Origin: a virus | Taxonomy: Duplodnaviria > Caudoviricetes | Strand: one strand, 5' to 3' | DNA: 30,199 bases | IMG/VR virus record: IMGVR_UViG_3300032274_000034 | Coordinates: 1 to 30,199 of that record | Part shown: positions 1 through 8,744 of the stretch, in pieces | Numbering within the stretch: the first letter of the stretch is position 1 | How the letters are laid out: the number at the start of each line of letters is the position of its first letter | Made by a program: the position numbers and the translations under genes | The notes under the pieces: model-generated | Told to the model about the DNA's origin: nothing | Databases searched by the model: none | What the model saw: only the letters and a program-made list of their open reading frames with translations

Positions 1-830
1 GTGCCACCCGTGACAGACCCGTCATCGGTTCCGTTGGTGGCCACCAGGCTGTCCAGGTCCATGCCGTCCGAGTAGGGGTCACCCATGGCGTCCGGGTCCG
101 TCTCGCTGGCCAGGCCGTCCGCCTGGCCCGTGTCATCGTACATGGCCACATACCCGGCGGGGCTGGTCTCCAGCGTCAAGTCCAGCGTGTACGTGATGCG
201 CATGTCATGGGTGATGGGGTTCCGGCCCAGCTGGTCTTCAGGCAGGTAGCAGACCGGGAAGAAATCCCGCCACCTGACCATCACCGGCTGGGCCGCCCCG
301 TAGTTGTAAATCACGTGCTGGGCTGACTTCAGGGTCAGCCTGTTGCTGGCCGGGGGGCCGTCCAGCCTGTTGTACTCACGCAGCCCTTCCGGGTTGGGGG
401 ACTCAATACAGATGATGTCATCTTCGGCCAGCGTGGCGCTGGGGGACCAGGCGCTGAAGACGTTCCCCTGCGTGGTCAGTGTCGTATCCCCCCGTGATGG
501 TGCGGACGGTACAAAGCTGGCCCACAGCTTGTCACGGTCCAGGCAGAACCCCACGGCCCCGCCACGCTCCAGATGGGCCATCATGGATTCCAGCTTGTGG
601 GGCAAGTTCTCGCGTTGGCTGGACCCCGTGGCGTTGAAGGGGCCCACAATGACGCTGAAGCGCAGCCGCCCCGTGTTCACCACGGAACGCATCCGGCCAG
701 ACAGGGACCAGGCTGACCGCCTGTCACGCAGCGGGGTGACTTGAAGGTCTGACAGGGGCCGGGGAATCTCAAGGATTTCAGCCCCTGACCCCCGGCCACC
801 TGGGTAGAACACAAAGCACGGATTACCCAC
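1..830 (-). CDS. Minor tail protein (distal tail/Dit-position), 3' truncated by window edge
   Basis: Translated by hand: GTG start at 830 (MGNPCFVFYPGGRGSGAEILEIPRPLSDLQVTP...), GGGAG upstream, open to base 1. Lies immediately after the tape measure. Not in the ORF track because there is no stop in the window. Confidence 0.7.
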   Translation of the reverse strand, partial: MGNPCFVFYPGGRGSGAEILEIPRPLSDLQVTPLRDRRSAWSLSGRMRSVVNTGRLRFSVIVGPFNATGSSQRENLPHKLESMMAHLERGGAVGFCLDRDKLWASFVPSAPSRGDTTLTTQGNVFSAWSPSATLAEDDIICIESPNPEGLREYNRLDGPPASNRLTLKSAQHVIYNYGAAQPVMVRWRDFFPVCYLPEDQLGRNPITHDMRITYTLDLTLETSPAGYVAMYDDTGQADGLASETDPDAMGDPYSDGMDLDSLVATNGTDDGSVTGG

Positions 831-833
831 GGT

Positions 834-3092
834 CTACACTCCCGTCAGCATGGGGCTGGTGGCGCGTCCGAACGGACCATAGACCCGCTCAATTTGGCGC
901 ATCAGCGCCGGGATGGCATCCGGGTCCATCACCATGGTGGACACGTTGATGTTGGGGGCGCCACCCCCACCCATGCCGCCCATGGCGGACTTGGCGGACT
1001 GTGTGGGGCGTCCGCCCCGCTGGGTGATGCGTTCGCCCTGGTGGACCAGGGCCAGCTGGGTGCGCGGGATGTAGCCGCCGGACTGGCGGAACCCCAGTGA
1101 GCTGCCCACGTTCTTGAAGAACCCCCCGATTTTCTCCCCCACTTCCTTGAAGGGCTTCCCCACCTTCTCACCGAACTCTTTCAGGTCATCTTTCACGCTG
1201 AACACGTCCTGAATGAAGGACTGGATGTTCAGCCACACCCTGGTCCACCACATCCGCATCCCGTCAGCAATGGCGACCATCAGCGCCAGGGGCAGCTTGA
1301 CCACTATCCCCAGCAGCATCTTGCCAATGGCGGTCACCAGGCCGGACCCGGACCCATCAAACAGGTTCTCCACAAAGCCCACCAGGATGCCTTCCAGGGC
1401 CCCGGCCAGACCTTCCACCAGGCCGATGATGAACTCATCCACCTGAAACAGACCTTCAAAGAACGTGGTCACCTTGTCCCACAGGGCTTCAGCCGTCTTC
1501 TCTCCACCTTCAGCCAGACCGCTGATGGCACCCACCAGGCCCCCGATGACCCCCATGATGGTGCCCATGAAGCCACCCATCTGGGAACCCCACCTGGTCA
1601 GCAGCTCACCCCCGGACGTGTTCATGGCGGACACCAGGCCGTCCACCACGGCGGACTGAAGCCCCCCGCTGGACTCGGACAGCCTGGCGGACGTGCTGGC
1701 GGACTGTTCGGCCTGGCCGTCAGCTGATGCCTGTTCGGCCCGCTTGATGGCTTCCTGTACTGTGTCCACCCCTTCGGCGTACTCCGTGGCGCTGATGGTG
1801 TTCCTGGCCAGCGCCAGGTCCAGGTCCAACAACAGCACCTTGTACTGTTCCAGGGCGGACATCCCCAGCCCCAGCTTGTCCGTCAGGGTGGCCAGGGAAT
1901 CTCTCAGGCCGTCCGCCCTGGTGGCGTTGTTTTCGACGGGGGCCACGCTGGCTTCAAACAGGGCCGCCACGTCCGCCATCCGTTCATGCAGGGCGGCCAG
2001 ACTGTCCACGGCCTTGTCTGTTTTGGATGACAGGCCACCCATCCCGCTGCCCAGCCCCTTCAGCCGGTCTTCCAGGCTTCCCCCGGCCTCTCTCAGCTCT
2101 TTCTGTTCCCGGCGGAACTTGTTGGTTTTGTCAGCCGCCTTGTCCAGCCCCGCGTTGAACTCTTCCAGGCTGAAGGCCAGGGTTTCATCCTTCCACTCAC
2201 GGAAGTCAGACACGGACCCGGTCAGCAGGATGGCCAGGCCCTGAAGAGCAGTCATCCCCACATTCAGGGACGCCACAAACAAGTCCCAGCTGTTGGTCAG
2301 GAAGACCACGCCAGCCGCCAGGTCATCAATGATTCCCGTCAGGCCGTTGCCTTCACCCCCGGCGCCGGTCAGGGCCGCGAACATCTTTCCGCCAGCAGCT
2401 TCAGCGACCATCCCCAGGTCCGCCATGGCGCGTTCCCATTCGCCAGCCGCAGCTGATGCAGCTGGGCCCACGTCCGTGCCGAACTCATCAGCAAAGTTGA
2501 TGAAGTCCTGAAGCTGGCCGGGGTCACCCAGCGCCTGCAACATCCTGGTACCAGATGCACCCAGCAGGTCCGTGGCCCTGACGGCCCGCTGGCCAGCGTC
2601 CGGTATGGCGGCCAGGCCCAGCATGATTTTCTTGAAGACCTCGTCAGGGCTGGCCCCTTCCAGCTCTTTGGCTTCGATGCCCACGCCCCTGAACGCTTCG
2701 ATGGTCTTGACTGTACCGCGTTCGGCGTCCGCCATCAGCTGGGGAATCTTGGACAGGTTGCGTGACAGGGACTCGAATGACAGCCCGCTGCCCCTGGCGG
2801 CCAGGCGCAACCCGGCCAGGGTCTTCACGTTGATGCCCGTCCTGGTGGACATGTCCGTCAGCAGGTTGTTGACATCCGCCATTTTCTGAGCGAACCCGAC
2901 CACAGCCGTACCAGCGGCCAGCAGGGCCCCGGCCATCTTCACGGCCATGCTGGCCAGGCCGTCAAATGACCGCCCCGTCTCATCTGCTGCCTTGCCGGTC
3001 TTCTCAGCCTGTTCCCCGGTCTCTTTCAGGGCGGGGCTGGCCTTGTCATCCATCAGCAGGACGTACTTGACGATGGGGGAGTTACCAGCCAT
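834..3092 (-). CDS. Tail tape measure protein
   Basis: 752 aa, Ala/Gly-rich and helical; N-terminal 'MDDKASPALK', C-terminal 'RQSGGYIPRTQLALVHQGERI' typical of TMP ends; follows the tail chaperone genes. Confidence 0.93.
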   Translation of the reverse strand: MAGNSPIVKYVLLMDDKASPALKETGEQAEKTGKAADETGRSFDGLASMAVKMAGALLAAGTAVVGFAQKMADVNNLLTDMSTRTGINVKTLAGLRLAARGSGLSFESLSRNLSKIPQLMADAERGTVKTIEAFRGVGIEAKELEGASPDEVFKKIMLGLAAIPDAGQRAVRATDLLGASGTRMLQALGDPGQLQDFINFADEFGTDVGPAASAAAGEWERAMADLGMVAEAAGGKMFAALTGAGGEGNGLTGIIDDLAAGVVFLTNSWDLFVASLNVGMTALQGLAILLTGSVSDFREWKDETLAFSLEEFNAGLDKAADKTNKFRREQKELREAGGSLEDRLKGLGSGMGGLSSKTDKAVDSLAALHERMADVAALFEASVAPVENNATRADGLRDSLATLTDKLGLGMSALEQYKVLLLDLDLALARNTISATEYAEGVDTVQEAIKRAEQASADGQAEQSASTSARLSESSGGLQSAVVDGLVSAMNTSGGELLTRWGSQMGGFMGTIMGVIGGLVGAISGLAEGGEKTAEALWDKVTTFFEGLFQVDEFIIGLVEGLAGALEGILVGFVENLFDGSGSGLVTAIGKMLLGIVVKLPLALMVAIADGMRMWWTRVWLNIQSFIQDVFSVKDDLKEFGEKVGKPFKEVGEKIGGFFKNVGSSLGFRQSGGYIPRTQLALVHQGERITQRGGRPTQSAKSAMGGMGGGGAPNINVSTMVMDPDAIPALMRQIERVYGPFGRATSPMLTGV

Positions 3093-3101
3093 GGGGCCTT
3101 C

Positions 3102-3347
3102 CTACTTGGGCATGTCCGTGAGCGGCAAGGTGGGGAACACCCATGCGTCACGGCTGTTGTGCATCAGAATAGCCTGTTGCATCCGCCGGTCTGCCGCTTC
3201 GATGCAGCCCCACGCCAGAATCCAGTCAAACCAGGCCCTGGCCGTGGGGTGCAGATGGTCAGGCGCCACCCAGTCACCGGGGGTCTTCCCGGTGTAGCGC
3301 CTGGCCATGGCGTCAAGCATTCCCATCATCATCGGGTCCGCCACGAA
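3102..3347 (-). CDS. Tail assembly chaperone C-terminal extension (gpT-like frame, reached by frameshift)
   Basis: Open frame overlapping the end of the chaperone gene and ending 10 nt before the TMP start ('..LDAMARRYTGKTPGDW..AWFDW'); classic G/GT position. Confidence 0.7.
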   Translation of the reverse strand, partial: FVADPMMMGMLDAMARRYTGKTPGDWVAPDHLHPTARAWFDWILAWGCIEAADRRMQQAILMHNSRDAWVFPTLPLTDMPK

Positions 3348-3906
3348 AGGTGGCGGCCAGGTCCGCCGCCTCCAGATAGTGCCGGACGGCGACAAACGCC
3401 AGCTGTCCGATACTGTCAGGCTGAAGCGAACCACCCAGGAAGACCACGCCCCGTTCAGCATCCTGTTCATCGTAGTTCCGGGTGAACTTCACGGGGTACC
3501 ACTTGCGCTTTGTGGTGGAGACAGCCACCACGCAGTTGCACACCACCACTTCCATGTGGTCCGCCGCTTCCGTTTCAGCCACGCCCTGGCTGGCTTTGGC
3601 GTCATGGGTGCGCTGGGCCCTGTCCATGGCCAGGGGAACCCCGGCGGGGTCCACGGGGCCGCCCACCAGGGCCACGCTGGGGTCCAGGTGGGACTTGCTG
3701 ACAGCGGCGCCCACGGCGGCCTGGCGCGCGGCTTGCGCGTCCTGTACCGCGCTGACCACCAGGCCCACGGCCACGGACAGCCTGGCGGCCTCGGAAGGGG
3801 TCAGGTGGCGCACCTTGTACCACAGCCCTTCAACCTGAACATCATCTGTAGTTTTCGCCACCAGCGCCCTGATGGCTGGGTTGGACTTCTGGCCATTGCT
3901 GGACAT
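3313..3906 (-). CDS. Tail assembly chaperone (gpG-like)
   Basis: Between tail tube and TMP; GACAGGAGAG RBS at 3913-3922; ends '..ATFRGGPDDDGNA' over a candidate slippery site. Confidence 0.8.
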   Translation of the reverse strand: MSSNGQKSNPAIRALVAKTTDDVQVEGLWYKVRHLTPSEAARLSVAVGLVVSAVQDAQAARQAAVGAAVSKSHLDPSVALVGGPVDPAGVPLAMDRAQRTHDAKASQGVAETEAADHMEVVVCNCVVAVSTTKRKWYPVKFTRNYDEQDAERGVVFLGGSLQPDSIGQLAFVAVRHYLEAADLAATFRGGPDDDGNA

Positions 3907-3957
3907 CGTTTTCTCTCCTGTCTGTTATTTGCGTATACGTAATATGATGACCCGGAT

Positions 3958-3992
3958 TCAGGCGGCCCGTGGCATACCCACGGGCCGCCTGA
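3958..3992 (-). terminator. 15-bp perfect hairpin after the tail tube gene (terminator or RNA stability/processing element)
   Basis: TCAGGCGGCCCGTGG-catac-CCACGGGCCGCCTGA; no clear U-tract on the minus strand. Confidence 0.6.
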
Positions 3993-4024
3993 TGGGTCAG
4001 CGTCTGACTGGCGGCCCCGCCGTG

Positions 4025-4990
4025 CTACCAGTCGTAGGAAGCCCCACCCAGCGTGTTGGACAGGGCGATAAGCACCCCCTTGTCCGTGCCAGGCGAGTAG
4101 TCCGCCAGGCCCTTCAGCGTGACGTTCTGCGTGATGACATCCACGCTGCTGATGGGCTTGCTGGCCTCGGACACAAACGCATTATGAAGCGTGGCCGTCA
4201 GGGAGTTGCCGCCGGTCCCAGTCCAGGCCAGGGACGCGTCTGACTTGGTGCCCTGGTACAGCCCCCCGGTGAAGTGGGCCTGGTCCCAATGAAGCCCCAG
4301 CTTCAGCTGGGCCGTCCGGCGGCCACTGAAGTAGGCTTCATCAGCCAGCAGACTGCCCAGGTACTGGGGGCCTGCCAGGGCGTTACTGATGGTCAGCTCC
4401 CAGCTGGTGACCCGCGCAAAGTTCTGGCTGTTCCAGGCCAACAGCCCCGCCTGGTGGTGGATGACCCGCTCAAACGTGGACAGGTAGGTGGGCGTACCGG
4501 CGGCCACCTCTCCACCGTTGGTGATGCCCACATAGGTGGCCTTGACCCGCAGGTAGTCCCCGGCGGACTGCGACAGGACCAGGGTATCCACCTTCATGCC
4601 GGTGAAGACTTCCCCCCGGCCGCTGTTCCCCAACAGCTGTTCAATCGTGTAGCTGGGGATGGTATCGCCAGGGGTGATGTTGTGGTTGAACGTCGGCCCC
4701 CCGCTGCTGACGGCAGACCCCAGCGCGGCCCACAGCAGGTTCCCGAACGCTGGTGCGTCATAGGTGCCCAGGATGGCCAGGTCACCCCCGGCGTTGTCCG
4801 CCTGGTCATGGACTTCCTGGTCAAATCCAGCGCTCACGCTGGCCAGAACGGGGGACATGGGCCGCTCCACACTCCTGGCCAGGTTCGCTTCCACGGCCCG
4901 CATCCAGTTGGAGCGTGCCACGGCTGTGCCGGGGGTGGTTTCAACACCCCATCCAAGGCCAGCGCCTTGTCCGGTGAAGGGAAGAGACAT
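4025..4990 (-). CDS. Major tail (tube) protein
   Basis: 321 aa with 'LGWGVETTPGTAV', 'PSYTIE', 'FTGMKVDTL', 'WELTISNAL', 'GRRTAQLKL' motifs typical of siphovirus tube proteins; position fits. Confidence 0.88.
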   Translation of the reverse strand: MSLPFTGQGAGLGWGVETTPGTAVARSNWMRAVEANLARSVERPMSPVLASVSAGFDQEVHDQADNAGGDLAILGTYDAPAFGNLLWAALGSAVSSGGPTFNHNITPGDTIPSYTIEQLLGNSGRGEVFTGMKVDTLVLSQSAGDYLRVKATYVGITNGGEVAAGTPTYLSTFERVIHHQAGLLAWNSQNFARVTSWELTISNALAGPQYLGSLLADEAYFSGRRTAQLKLGLHWDQAHFTGGLYQGTKSDASLAWTGTGGNSLTATLHNAFVSEASKPISSVDVITQNVTLKGLADYSPGTDKGVLIALSNTLGGASYDW

Positions 4991-4993
4991 GAC

Positions 4994-5770
4994 TTACTCC
5001 TGAACGGTTTGAACCTTGATGATAGCGCGGGGGTTGATGGTGCGGCCCCTGGTGGTCCGAACCGTGAGAGAAGCGGTATAGTCCTGGCCGCTGGTTCCAG
5101 CGTGGACTGTGGTGCGAATCAGGCCCCGGCCCACCATCCGGGTAAGGGACTCCGTGTACAGCGCGGCCTGGTCAACCCCGCCCTGCAACACCTGGAAGTT
5201 GAGTGACTCCACCTCTTCATCCAGCGTGGACCCGTTGTGCTTGTTGCGGCGCTGTCCGAGCATCCGCGACACGTCCCACCACACGTGCATGGTCTCAGTG
5301 GCTTGCTTCACCAGGCGCTTGCGGGGCTTGGTGGCCCCCCGGCGCTCTGGTGACCAGCGGACCACGTTGGTGTACGGGCCGCTGGCCGCATACAGGCGGC
5401 CATTCAGGGGGGACACGGGGGTGTTGGCCACCCAGGCGCTGGCCGGGGTGCCTGTGTGCATGTAGTACCCCCACAGCACGTTCAGCGCCCCGCTTTGTGG
5501 CAGGGACATGCTGGCCATGTCCAGCGTCCCCGTCTTCAGGGCGTGGTCCCAGCCGGTCACAGTGAAGCCCAGCGGGCTGTGGCCGTCCGCTTCCGTGACC
5601 CGCAGGTCATTGCCGGATGACAGCACGTTGTCCCAGAAGCTGTCAGGCAGGTGGGACAACTCAGCACGGACATACTGGGGGTTGGCCCCGGCCAGGAAGT
5701 CCACCGTGAAGGGGAAGCGGCGCAGCCAGCGCCCAGCCCCGGCCCCCGTCGTTGGTTGAATCCAGCTCAT
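4994..5770 (-). CDS. Virion protein with DUF2341-like N-terminus and a C-terminal beta-rich adaptor-like domain
   Basis: 'WLRRFPFTVD..FWDNVLSSGNDLRVTEADG..LWGYY' resembles DUF2341. 'LVKQATE..WWDVS..AGTSGQDYTASLTVRTTRGRT' resembles a small stand-alone phage virion protein family. Confidence 0.6.
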   Translation of the reverse strand: MSWIQPTTGAGAGRWLRRFPFTVDFLAGANPQYVRAELSHLPDSFWDNVLSSGNDLRVTEADGHSPLGFTVTGWDHALKTGTLDMASMSLPQSGALNVLWGYYMHTGTPASAWVANTPVSPLNGRLYAASGPYTNVVRWSPERRGATKPRKRLVKQATETMHVWWDVSRMLGQRRNKHNGSTLDEEVESLNFQVLQGGVDQAALYTESLTRMVGRGLIRTTVHAGTSGQDYTASLTVRTTRGRTINPRAIIKVQTVQE

Positions 5771-6241
5771 CTAAACCCCTGTAAGTGAAGGGTAGTAGCA
5801 CTCAAGCCGCGCAACCGCGACAGGGTTTGAAGAGCCCCCGCCTTCAGCCCTGGCCACAAACGGCTTGATGGACAGCATCACATCCATCACGGTGCCACCC
5901 AGCTGGCGGTCAGCTTCCACGGCCCGCAGGATGTCGTTGGCCATGTTGTTGGCCGCTTCCTGTCTGGTGTCCTGGTCTTCCCCCATGGCCGGGGCCCAGC
6001 CCACGATGGTGAAGACCAGGTCACGGCGCCACACGCCCAGCTCCGGGTCTTGACCGCCTTCCACCTCTTCCAGCACCACGGCCACATACGGGGTGTGGGG
6101 CGGCCTGGGTATCCTCGACTTCTTGACGCGGACCTGGCCCCCGGCCTGGTCACTCAGGTCATGGGTGTACACCCCGGTTCCGTCAGCCGCCTTCAGCGCG
6201 GCCACCAGGTTGTCATGGATGGTGTTGATGGTGGCGGCCAC
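5771..6241 (-). CDS. Tail terminator / tail completion protein
   Basis: 156 aa; 'ILRAVEADRQLGGTV' motif typical of gpU/gp17-like terminators; position upstream of the tube genes. Confidence 0.75.
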   Translation of the reverse strand: MAATINTIHDNLVAALKAADGTGVYTHDLSDQAGGQVRVKKSRIPRPPHTPYVAVVLEEVEGGQDPELGVWRRDLVFTIVGWAPAMGEDQDTRQEAANNMANDILRAVEADRQLGGTVMDVMLSIKPFVARAEGGGSSNPVAVARLECYYPSLTGV

Positions 6242-6843
6242 TATGCTGCCCTCCTGTGAAGCAAGGATACACGCCAGACATCAATCATCAGGGGGGACAT
6301 TTCGCCCACAGCCATGTTGAACGCGTCCCGTAGAAAGTGATGGGCTGGCACAGTCACCCGGTCCACCAGCTTGTACCAGGGTTCCAGCCCGTTGCCATCA
6401 CGGTGCGCCAGGTACAAGTCCCCGTCCTTGGACCTGAACGGGAAGAACAGACCGGCGCCGGTAGTCCGCAGCCGCCCCCCGTACCTGTCCACCCCGGCGG
6501 CTGTCAGCGCCGGGGACAGGGGTATCCGCAGGTAGTCACTGACCTTCGGCGTGATGATTCCGCCGAACTCCTGAATCCCTGCATAGATGACCTCGCCCCC
6601 ACTGACCCGGCCACCAGCTTGCAGCATGACCATGGGCGCGCCCTGGTCATCCACCACCATGCCCCGGACGGACTGCCACAAGCGGCCTGAACGCACGCGC
6701 ATCCGGCTGCGTGCGTTGCGTTTGGCCATGCTGTCCATCTTCAGGGACACGGCTGTCAGCTGGACCAGCAAGCGGCGCCGGAACTCCAGCGCGCCTATCT
6801 CCTGAATCCGCGCCGTCCACTGGTCCAGTGTCTCTTCAGACAT
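6241..6843 (-). CDS. Neck protein, HK97 gp10-like
   Basis: 'VRSGRLWQSV', 'YAGIQEFGGIITPK', 'VTVPAHHFLRDAF' motifs; ATG at 6843 chosen as the start. Confidence 0.8.
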   Translation of the reverse strand: MSEETLDQWTARIQEIGALEFRRRLLVQLTAVSLKMDSMAKRNARSRMRVRSGRLWQSVRGMVVDDQGAPMVMLQAGGRVSGGEVIYAGIQEFGGIITPKVSDYLRIPLSPALTAAGVDRYGGRLRTTGAGLFFPFRSKDGDLYLAHRDGNGLEPWYKLVDRVTVPAHHFLRDAFNMAVGEMSPLMIDVWRVSLLHRRAA

Positions 6844-6951
6844 GGGCCACCATAGCCGCCAGGCGGCCACAGGCGGCCCGCTGCCCCATCAGGGTGGGAC
6901 TACCACTGCGAACAGCCAGCGCCACGGCCACGGCCAGCTGGTGGCCCCCGC

Positions 6952-7566
6952 TCACGTCAGCCAGCTACCGGGGCAGCGGTAGTCCCTGATGAGTTCCTTG
7001 ACGTTCCCCGGCATCTTGGGCAGACGCCAGCGCACACGCATGGGGCCATCATCGGCGTTTTCGTGGACCAGCGCCCCCTTGCGCGCTTCATAGGCCACGG
7101 CTGAGAACCTGTACACGGCTTCCAGCAGGGCCCCCGGCGGGTCCGCCGGGTCATAGCCCACGGTGCCCACCACCTTGATGGACCTGGTGGTGGTGGACCA
7201 GCTGCTGGTGGCGCTGGGCTTCAGCCAGACCTGGCCCCGCTTGACCACCACCACCCTGTCCGCCGCTGGCTGTTCCGTGTCGGAACCGTATTCCCAGTCA
7301 TCGTCACAGTGGATGGACGTGATGGACACCAGGGGCTTGTACGGCGTCTGAAGCATCCGGGGCTCAGATGCTGAAGGGCCATCCTGGTACCAGGTGTACA
7401 CCTGCTGGGCCAGCTGTCGCTTGCTACTGTCATCGGAAGGCAGGTTCAGGTATCCAGCCAGGGCGTCTTCCACCCTGTCCAGAATCTCTTCCATCACCGT
7501 GTCAGCCCCGCCATCCAGCCCAGCGATGTAGGGATACAGACCGGTAGCCGTTCCGATGCGTGCCAT
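6952..7566 (-). CDS. Head-tail adaptor (gp6/gp15-like)
   Basis: 'PLVSITSI', 'IKVVGTVGY..PPGALLEAV', 'MPGNVKELIRDYR' typical of head-tail connectors. Confidence 0.85.
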   Translation of the reverse strand: MARIGTATGLYPYIAGLDGGADTVMEEILDRVEDALAGYLNLPSDDSSKRQLAQQVYTWYQDGPSASEPRMLQTPYKPLVSITSIHCDDDWEYGSDTEQPAADRVVVVKRGQVWLKPSATSSWSTTTRSIKVVGTVGYDPADPPGALLEAVYRFSAVAYEARKGALVHENADDGPMRVRWRLPKMPGNVKELIRDYRCPGSWLT

Positions 7567-7569
7567 GAC

Positions 7570-7836
7570 TTACCCCGCGTCCTGGTCCGCCGGGGCGGCC
7601 TGGTCATCCTTGGGCGCCTTCACCAGCTGGTACGTGTCCGGCTTGCCCTTCTTGCCCTTGACGGTCTTGACCGTGTCGCCGTGGGCCGCCCCGTCAGGGG
7701 CCGCCTTCAGCTGGCCGCCGGTCAGCAGCTGACCCGCCTTGCTGGCCGGGACTTCCACCACGGCCCCCGGCTCAAACACCCCGGACGTGGTGACCATCCT
7801 GTGGGCGTCCGGGTTGAACAGCGCGCGCCTGGCCAT
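7570..7836 (-). CDS. Small hypothetical protein of the head module
   Basis: 88 aa, 'FEPGAVVEVPASKAGQLL'; translationally coupled to the upstream gene. Confidence 0.7.
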   Translation of the reverse strand: MARRALFNPDAHRMVTTSGVFEPGAVVEVPASKAGQLLTGGQLKAAPDGAAHGDTVKTVKGKKGKPDTYQLVKAPKDDQAAPADQDAG

Positions 7837-8156
7837 CAGCTGTCACCCTGGTCCGACTTCGGCGCCGGGGCCTTCATGGCCTTGGTGTACTGGGCCTTGG
7901 ACAGCTCACGGAAGCCCAGCTGGGCCGCCTTGCGGGCCCCCAGGTACTTGAAGGTGTCCGCGTCCGGGCCGAAGTCGCGGATAAGCTGGTCCGCCGTGGC
8001 GTCCGCGTTGAAGGTGATGACCTCTTCACCCTTGCCGTTCTGACCCTTCCGGGTCTCCAGCGTGCGAATCTCGCCAGGGGCCCAGCCCCTCAGCGTCTTG
8101 TGGGTGCCGTTGTACTTCCGCCCATCGGGGAAGCCCAGGAACATGATGTAGCGCAT
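7836..8156 (-). CDS. Hypothetical protein (head module)
   Basis: 106 aa, GAGGA RBS, GC3-biased codons. Confidence 0.7.
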   Translation of the reverse strand: MRYIMFLGFPDGRKYNGTHKTLRGWAPGEIRTLETRKGQNGKGEEVITFNADATADQLIRDFGPDADTFKYLGARKAAQLGFRELSKAQYTKAMKAPAPKSDQGDS

Positions 8157-8250
8157 GAAATGTCCTCTTCAGGATGATGGTGAAGCGGACATGTGGGGCA
8201 GGGTGCGCCAGGACGGCCCGCTATCGCCCTGGCGCAGCCCCGTTCAGGAA

Positions 8251-8676
8251 CTACGCGGACGCGTCCCTGTAGAACACGGTCAGCTGGAAGTCCGAGACCT
8301 GGCCCGTGCCCTGGTGGTCCGCCGCCACGCGGATGGGCTGGTTGGCGCCGTACTTCAGCTTGGACTGGTCCAGACCCGCTTCCCAGTCCTGGTCAGAACC
8401 AGGGCTGGACCCGTACGGGTTGGGGTCGTTGCCCACGGTGTCACGGGCCGCCAGGGCGCCTTCCGCAGCCGTTTGGGTGCTGTACTCCCAGGCCAGGGTG
8501 GTGCCGTCGTTGCCGTACAGCTGGAACTTGACGTAGTTGGACGCGTGGTCGGAAATCCCGGCCTCGCTCACCCCGGCCACACCCAGGACTTCCACGGGGC
8601 GGCCCAGCGTGCGGCTGATGTCGATGGCGGCCCCGGCCAGGCCAGCCAGGGAGACGATGAAGAACTTGACGGACAT
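8251..8676 (-). CDS. Putative capsid decoration/cement protein
   Basis: 141 aa, beta-rich, directly after the MCP; ACAGGAG RBS at 8683-8689. Function inferred from position only. Confidence 0.55.
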   Translation of the reverse strand: MSVKFFIVSLAGLAGAAIDISRTLGRPVEVLGVAGVSEAGISDHASNYVKFQLYGNDGTTLAWEYSTQTAAEGALAARDTVGNDPNPYGSSPGSDQDWEAGLDQSKLKYGANQPIRVAADHQGTGQVSDFQLTVFYRDASA

Positions 8677-8744
8677 GCTGAACTCCTGTTCGGCGTTGTG
8701 GGCAACTGGTCAGTCATGCGGACCAGGCGCACCAGGTAGGCGGT

